Shown: in pieces, positions 60,368-64,000 of the stretch
How the letters are laid out: every line of letters begins with the position of its first letter
Position numbering within the stretch: the first letter of the stretch is position 1
NCBI GenBank assembly: GCA_045645645.1
Contig: JAZRJE010000017.1
Location: 3,707 to 67,706, forward strand
Direction: 5' to 3'
DNA from: Candidatus Enterousia sp.
GTDB taxonomy: Bacteria; Pseudomonadota; Alphaproteobacteria; Rs-D84
Length of the DNA stretch: 64,000 nucleotides
The notes under the pieces: model-generated
Database searches by the model: none
The model's input: the letters and a program-made list of their open reading frames with translations, nothing else
Told to the model about the DNA's origin: nothing
Translations under genes and position numbers: made by a program

Positions 60368-60742
60368 TTACCAAGTAAATTCGCGCTCACGCATGTATTT
60401 GTTTAGCATTTTATTATATGCTTTATATGCAAATTCTGTATCTGTTTCAGTATGTACACGCTCACGCTTGTCGCCGTCCTTACGTTCGCGTCTTACGTAC
60501 AGATCAACAGATATTGGGTGCGCTAATGTTGAATCGTAATTACGTGTAGCGATAATAGAAGCCTCCTCGGCATTTATGCTGTATTGTCTTGTAGAACCTT
60601 CGCCAAACACAGGATGACCACATGGTGTAATATGATCCGTATTAAAAGTACGTACTTCTTCTTTTATATCATATTTGTCTATCATATCTAATATGCGCCA
60701 TTGATATTCTGGTCTGAATATTTTTTGAAAAATATTTGCCAT
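60368..60742 (-). CDS. hypothetical protein, tandem paralog C (124 aa)
   Basis: Internal start MANIFQKIFRPEYQWRILDMIDKYDIKE one nucleotide after the tsaB stop; ends FAYKAYNKMLNKYMREREFTW. Confidence 0.5.
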   Translation of the reverse strand: MANIFQKIFRPEYQWRILDMIDKYDIKEEVRTFNTDHITPCGHPVFGEGSTRQYSINAEEASIIATRNYDSTLAHPISVDLYVRRERKDGDKRERVHTETDTEFAYKAYNKMLNKYMREREFTW

Positions 60743-60743
60743 T

Positions 60744-61286
60744 TTATTTGCCTTTTGGTTGTTCTGCATAGCTGGGACGTAGATACATTGGTACCACAGG
60801 ATCTGTTGTCCCAAATGTTAGCCTGTCTTTAACGATGTTTACTCCCAACCTCAAATCAAAAGGTTTGTGTCCAACGGTGCGTGGCCATTCCATTTGTTTT
60901 GTCTCTAATTCTTCTATTTCCATTGTACATGGGTTTAATCCAGGTGCGGCAACAAAAAAATCTCCACGACCTGAATCTATTGCTACAAAAGCATCAGGTG
61001 TTGCGGCCAAGTATAAATCAAATAAACTTATACCAATTAGCGGGATTTTTAATCCCATTGCTAATCCTTTTGCATACGCTATCCCCAGACGTATTCCTGT
61101 AAAGCTGCCAGGACCAACAATTACACCAGCAGCAGTTAAATCAGACCATTTTGCTTCACATTCTGCAATAAACTTTTCACATTCTGTTGGCAGTGCAATC
61201 GATTGTTTTTCAACATCAACAGATTTGTATTTGTCGTCCAATACAAATTCCAGATTTGCCCCTGATGTGTTAATAATTAAAATCAT
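60744..61286 (-). CDS. tsaB: tRNA threonylcarbamoyladenosine biosynthesis protein TsaB (YeaZ)
   Basis: MILIINTSG...GPGSFTGIRLGIAYAKGLAMGLKIPLIG matches the YeaZ/Kae1-like inactive homolog; 180 aa. Confidence 0.8.
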   Translation of the reverse strand: MILIINTSGANLEFVLDDKYKSVDVEKQSIALPTECEKFIAECEAKWSDLTAAGVIVGPGSFTGIRLGIAYAKGLAMGLKIPLIGISLFDLYLAATPDAFVAIDSGRGDFFVAAPGLNPCTMEIEELETKQMEWPRTVGHKPFDLRLGVNIVKDRLTFGTTDPVVPMYLRPSYAEQPKGK

Positions 61287-61654
61287 TTTTGTTTAGCCTT
61301 TAACTCGTTTAGCAAATCCCAAAAATAATGCGCAATCGTACCGTAGCATATTTTTGGTTCAAATGTTTCCTTGTTTATAACTGTCGCAAAGTATCTGGGT
61401 TGACAGAACAATGCGGGGATGCCAGGGAACTTTTCTTCCATTACACCTATGTCGTATTTGTCGTTTTTTCCAATAATTAGTTGTTTCTGCATTCCCTTTG
61501 TTCTTGAAACTAGGCCGTCAACTGTTTGTATTTTTAATTGTTTTTCTCTTACATGTGCTGCAACAGTGTTAAATAAATCAATTTGCTCTTGTCCATCACC
61601 AAAGACAACGGTGTCCACATCTTTGCCATTTATGGTGATTGTAGTCTTTTTCAT
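61283..61654 (-). CDS. small protein that looks like a degenerate remnant of the Lon protease domain
   Basis: [31 protein letters not shown] aligns with the Lon P-domain [44 protein letters not shown] sits where PKDGPSAGIAM is expected (catalytic Ser replaced). The ORF ends before the catalytic Lys region. Confidence 0.45.
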   Translation of the reverse strand: [123 protein letters not shown]

Positions 61655-63408
61655 ACACGTACCCCAAATCCAATCTTTTTAGAAAAACCAGCTGTTTGAC
61701 GTACAGATAGCAGCTCATCAATTTTTTCAGTTGTAAAGTCTGTTCTTACATCTTCGGCGTTGTTTTCTAATAACGCCCGACGCAGAATAGCGACAAATTG
61801 ACGTTGTAATTGGCGTACGCCTTGTTCAGATGTATAGTTTTGAATAATATGTCGAATTGCATCATCTGAAATTATTATATTATCCATGTTCCAGCCAGTA
61901 TCACGTGCTGCGCGTTCAATTAAATGTTCGCGTGCTATGCGTACTTTTTCATCAATTGAATATCCAGGAATTTCAATTATTTCCATACGATCTTTCAGTG
62001 CATTGGATATATTTAAGCTATTTGCAGTTGCAATGAATAAAATGTTAGACAGGTCAAAATCAACTTCCAAATAGTGATCGCGGAACGATTTATTTTGTTC
62101 TGGGTCTAATATTTCCAACAGAGCCGATTCTGGATCGCCTCTCCAATCTCGTCCCATTTTGTCAATTTCATCCAGAACGATTACAGGATTATTTGACTTA
62201 CAACGTTTCAGCGCATCCATAATACGTCCTGTTTGTGCCCCAATATAGGTTTTGCGATGTCCGCGGAAATGTGCTTCATCTGATACGCCACCTAACGATA
62301 TTCGCTGATATTTTCGTCCCAGTGCGGTTGCGATTGACTTTCCAAGAGATGTTTTACCGACACCTGGTGCCCCAACAAAACATAAGATAGAACCTTGGTT
62401 TGACTTTGTCTTTTTCATTACAGCAATATGTTCCAGTATTCGTTCTTTGACACCACGCATACCAGAATGTTCTGAATCCAGAACTTTTCGTGCCACATCT
62501 AAATCAATCTGCGCTTTGTCTGATTTGTTCCATGGCATAGCCAATAATTCGTCCAGATAGGTTTTTAATAACCCGCCTTCATTCGACATTGGGGACATAG
62601 ACTTCATGCGTTTCCATTCACTTAAAGCTTTTTCTTTTGCTTCGCGTGGCAGGTGTGATTTCTCAATACGCTTACGAATATTTTCACTGTCTGCTTCTAT
62701 ATCATCTTCACCCATTTCACGCTGAATAGCGCGCATTTTTTCTTGAAGTATCGCTTCCCTGCGTCCTTTTTCCATTTGTTGGTGAATGCGCTTATTAATA
62801 GATTCTTCGATTTTAGCTGTTTCTGCCATCAGGTTAACTTGTTCCATCAAAATAATCAGCTTTTCTCGCCATGAAGTAGCGCTTAAAATTTTTAGTGCAG
62901 GTTCCGTATCTATTTCCAGTGTCTGAACCACATAGTCGATAAATGCGGGCAGGGGATAATTCTGGACCACGTTACGAAGTTTTTCTATCTTAAATTTACG
63001 TGTGCCAGCTAAGATTTGCATGTTTTCTGCGATTTTGTCACGCAATGCGATTGTTTGTTCGTGTTTTTCGTCATCCTGAATGGCAATTGATTCAACATTT
63101 CCGACAAACAGTCCGTCTGCGATTAAAACATCAGTTATTTTTACAGCATCTGTTGTGCGCACAATGGCGTGCACTGCACCATCTGGTGTTCGTAATACTT
63201 GTACGATATCACCGATTGTTCCAACGTCATAAATATCATTTGCAGACACAGGATAGTTCCATGTTCGTTGCGCAACTAATACCAAGCGTTGTCCCATCTT
63301 AGCTGCAGATTCAATACATGCAATTGATGTTTTGTTATCTATGTACACTGGTACCGTCAGGCCTGGGTGTACTACAAAATCCCTAAAAGGTAGAATATAA
63401 TGTTTCAT
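61651..63408 (-). CDS. lon: Lon protease N-terminal plus AAA+ module, lacking the C-terminal S16 protease domain
   Basis: LON substrate-binding N-domain and AAA+ motifs (GAPGVGKTSLGKS, VIVLDEIDKM, RGDPESALLEILDPEQN). The ORF ends at 585 aa, exactly where the protease domain should begin; tsaB starts 365 nt later. Confidence 0.8.
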   Translation of the reverse strand: MKHYILPFRDFVVHPGLTVPVYIDNKTSIACIESAAKMGQRLVLVAQRTWNYPVSANDIYDVGTIGDIVQVLRTPDGAVHAIVRTTDAVKITDVLIADGLFVGNVESIAIQDDEKHEQTIALRDKIAENMQILAGTRKFKIEKLRNVVQNYPLPAFIDYVVQTLEIDTEPALKILSATSWREKLIILMEQVNLMAETAKIEESINKRIHQQMEKGRREAILQEKMRAIQREMGEDDIEADSENIRKRIEKSHLPREAKEKALSEWKRMKSMSPMSNEGGLLKTYLDELLAMPWNKSDKAQIDLDVARKVLDSEHSGMRGVKERILEHIAVMKKTKSNQGSILCFVGAPGVGKTSLGKSIATALGRKYQRISLGGVSDEAHFRGHRKTYIGAQTGRIMDALKRCKSNNPVIVLDEIDKMGRDWRGDPESALLEILDPEQNKSFRDHYLEVDFDLSNILFIATANSLNISNALKDRMEIIEIPGYSIDEKVRIAREHLIERAARDTGWNMDNIIISDDAIRHIIQNYTSEQGVRQLQRQFVAILRRALLENNAEDVRTDFTTEKIDELLSVRQTAGFSKKIGFGVRV

Positions 63409-63582
63409 GGTAATGATAAATATAATACTTTTTATACATAATTCAAGAACTATGAAATCTTAAAAATAGTATTTGCATAGTTATTTTTATTCCCCTTGCG
63501 TTAGGGCGATAAAACTGTCACAATAGTATCAGGTTCTTACGGGACTTACAGAACCATAACAAGCATAAGAAAGGATAGGATT

Positions 63583-63924
63583 ATGCGTCAGGGAAAAGTA
63601 AGATGGTATAACGGCAAAAAGTGCTTTGGTTTTATCATGCCAGACACGCCGAATGAAGATGGTAATACAGACGATGTATTTGTTCATTCCAGCTCTTTAA
63701 AGGCAGCGGGTATTCGCTTCTTGAATGAAAACGATATCGTAGAATTCGAAGAAGAAGTTAGAAATGATAAATTATCTGCCACAACAATTAAATTGATTCA
63801 GCGTGACGAAGAATCTGCACGTCGTTTCCAAGAACGTCGTGCCGAACGTCGTCGTGCTGCCGAAGACAGAAAACAACGCGAAGAAAAATCTGCACGTCGT
63901 GGGTTTGCGTTTTGGAAAAAATAA
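63583..63924 (+). CDS. cold-shock domain protein with a Lys/Arg/Glu-rich C-terminal tail
   Basis: CSD motifs (KVRWYNGKKCFGFI, VFVHSS); 113 aa; preceded by a ~170-nt untranslated leader. Confidence 0.85.
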   Translation: MRQGKVRWYNGKKCFGFIMPDTPNEDGNTDDVFVHSSSLKAAGIRFLNENDIVEFEEEVRNDKLSATTIKLIQRDEESARRFQERRAERRRAAEDRKQREEKSARRGFAFWKK

Positions 63925-63952
63925 AAAAATCCCCCATCTGGGGGATTTTTAA
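63922..63952 (+). terminator. intrinsic terminator (ATCCCCC family)
   Basis: aaaaaaATCCCCCatctGGGGGATttttaat. Confidence 0.65.
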
Positions 63953-64000
63953 TAGATGTATTGAAAAAATTGGTTTTTGTACTATATTAACCTTGTCGCA

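Overview
This is a gene-dense, low-GC bacterial chromosome segment (about 38% GC by eye). It has roughly 75 protein-coding genes, 8 tRNA genes, and no rRNA, CRISPR array, transposase or integrase that I can see.

Most genes are housekeeping. They include cdsA (partial), rseP, bamA, rpmG, dcd, era, queA, tgt, ackA, lrgAB, ligA, tig, thyA, rpsA, adk, lysS (class II), alaS, hupB, comM, lepB, rnc, secG, groES/groEL, tilS, ftsH, rimI, tsaB, lon and a cspA-like gene.

The gene order (rseP-bamA, short TilS next to ftsH, tsaB-rimI) suggests a reduced alphaproteobacterium-like, probably host-associated, organism. That is inference only.

Several things stand out against this background:
- A divergent RelA/SpoT-fold nucleotidyltransferase protein sits directly downstream of lysS.
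- Three tandem paralogous genes of unknown function are inserted into the conserved tsaB-rimI pair.
- Lon ends at the AAA+/protease boundary, and a separate degenerate remnant ORF follows it.
- A standalone trigger-factor-type PPIase domain carries a lipoprotein signal.
- An orphan VirB11/TrbB-like ATPase is present.
- A paralogous pair of bitopic membrane proteins lies next to a secreted protein.
- Two further tandem paralog pairs are present.
- There are several large, apparently lineage-specific secreted or effector-like proteins.
- Intrinsic terminators fall into two sequence-conserved hairpin families (ATCCCCC..GGGGGAT and ACACCG..CGGTGT).

Protein identifications rest on motif recognition from the supplied translations. 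No database searches were run.
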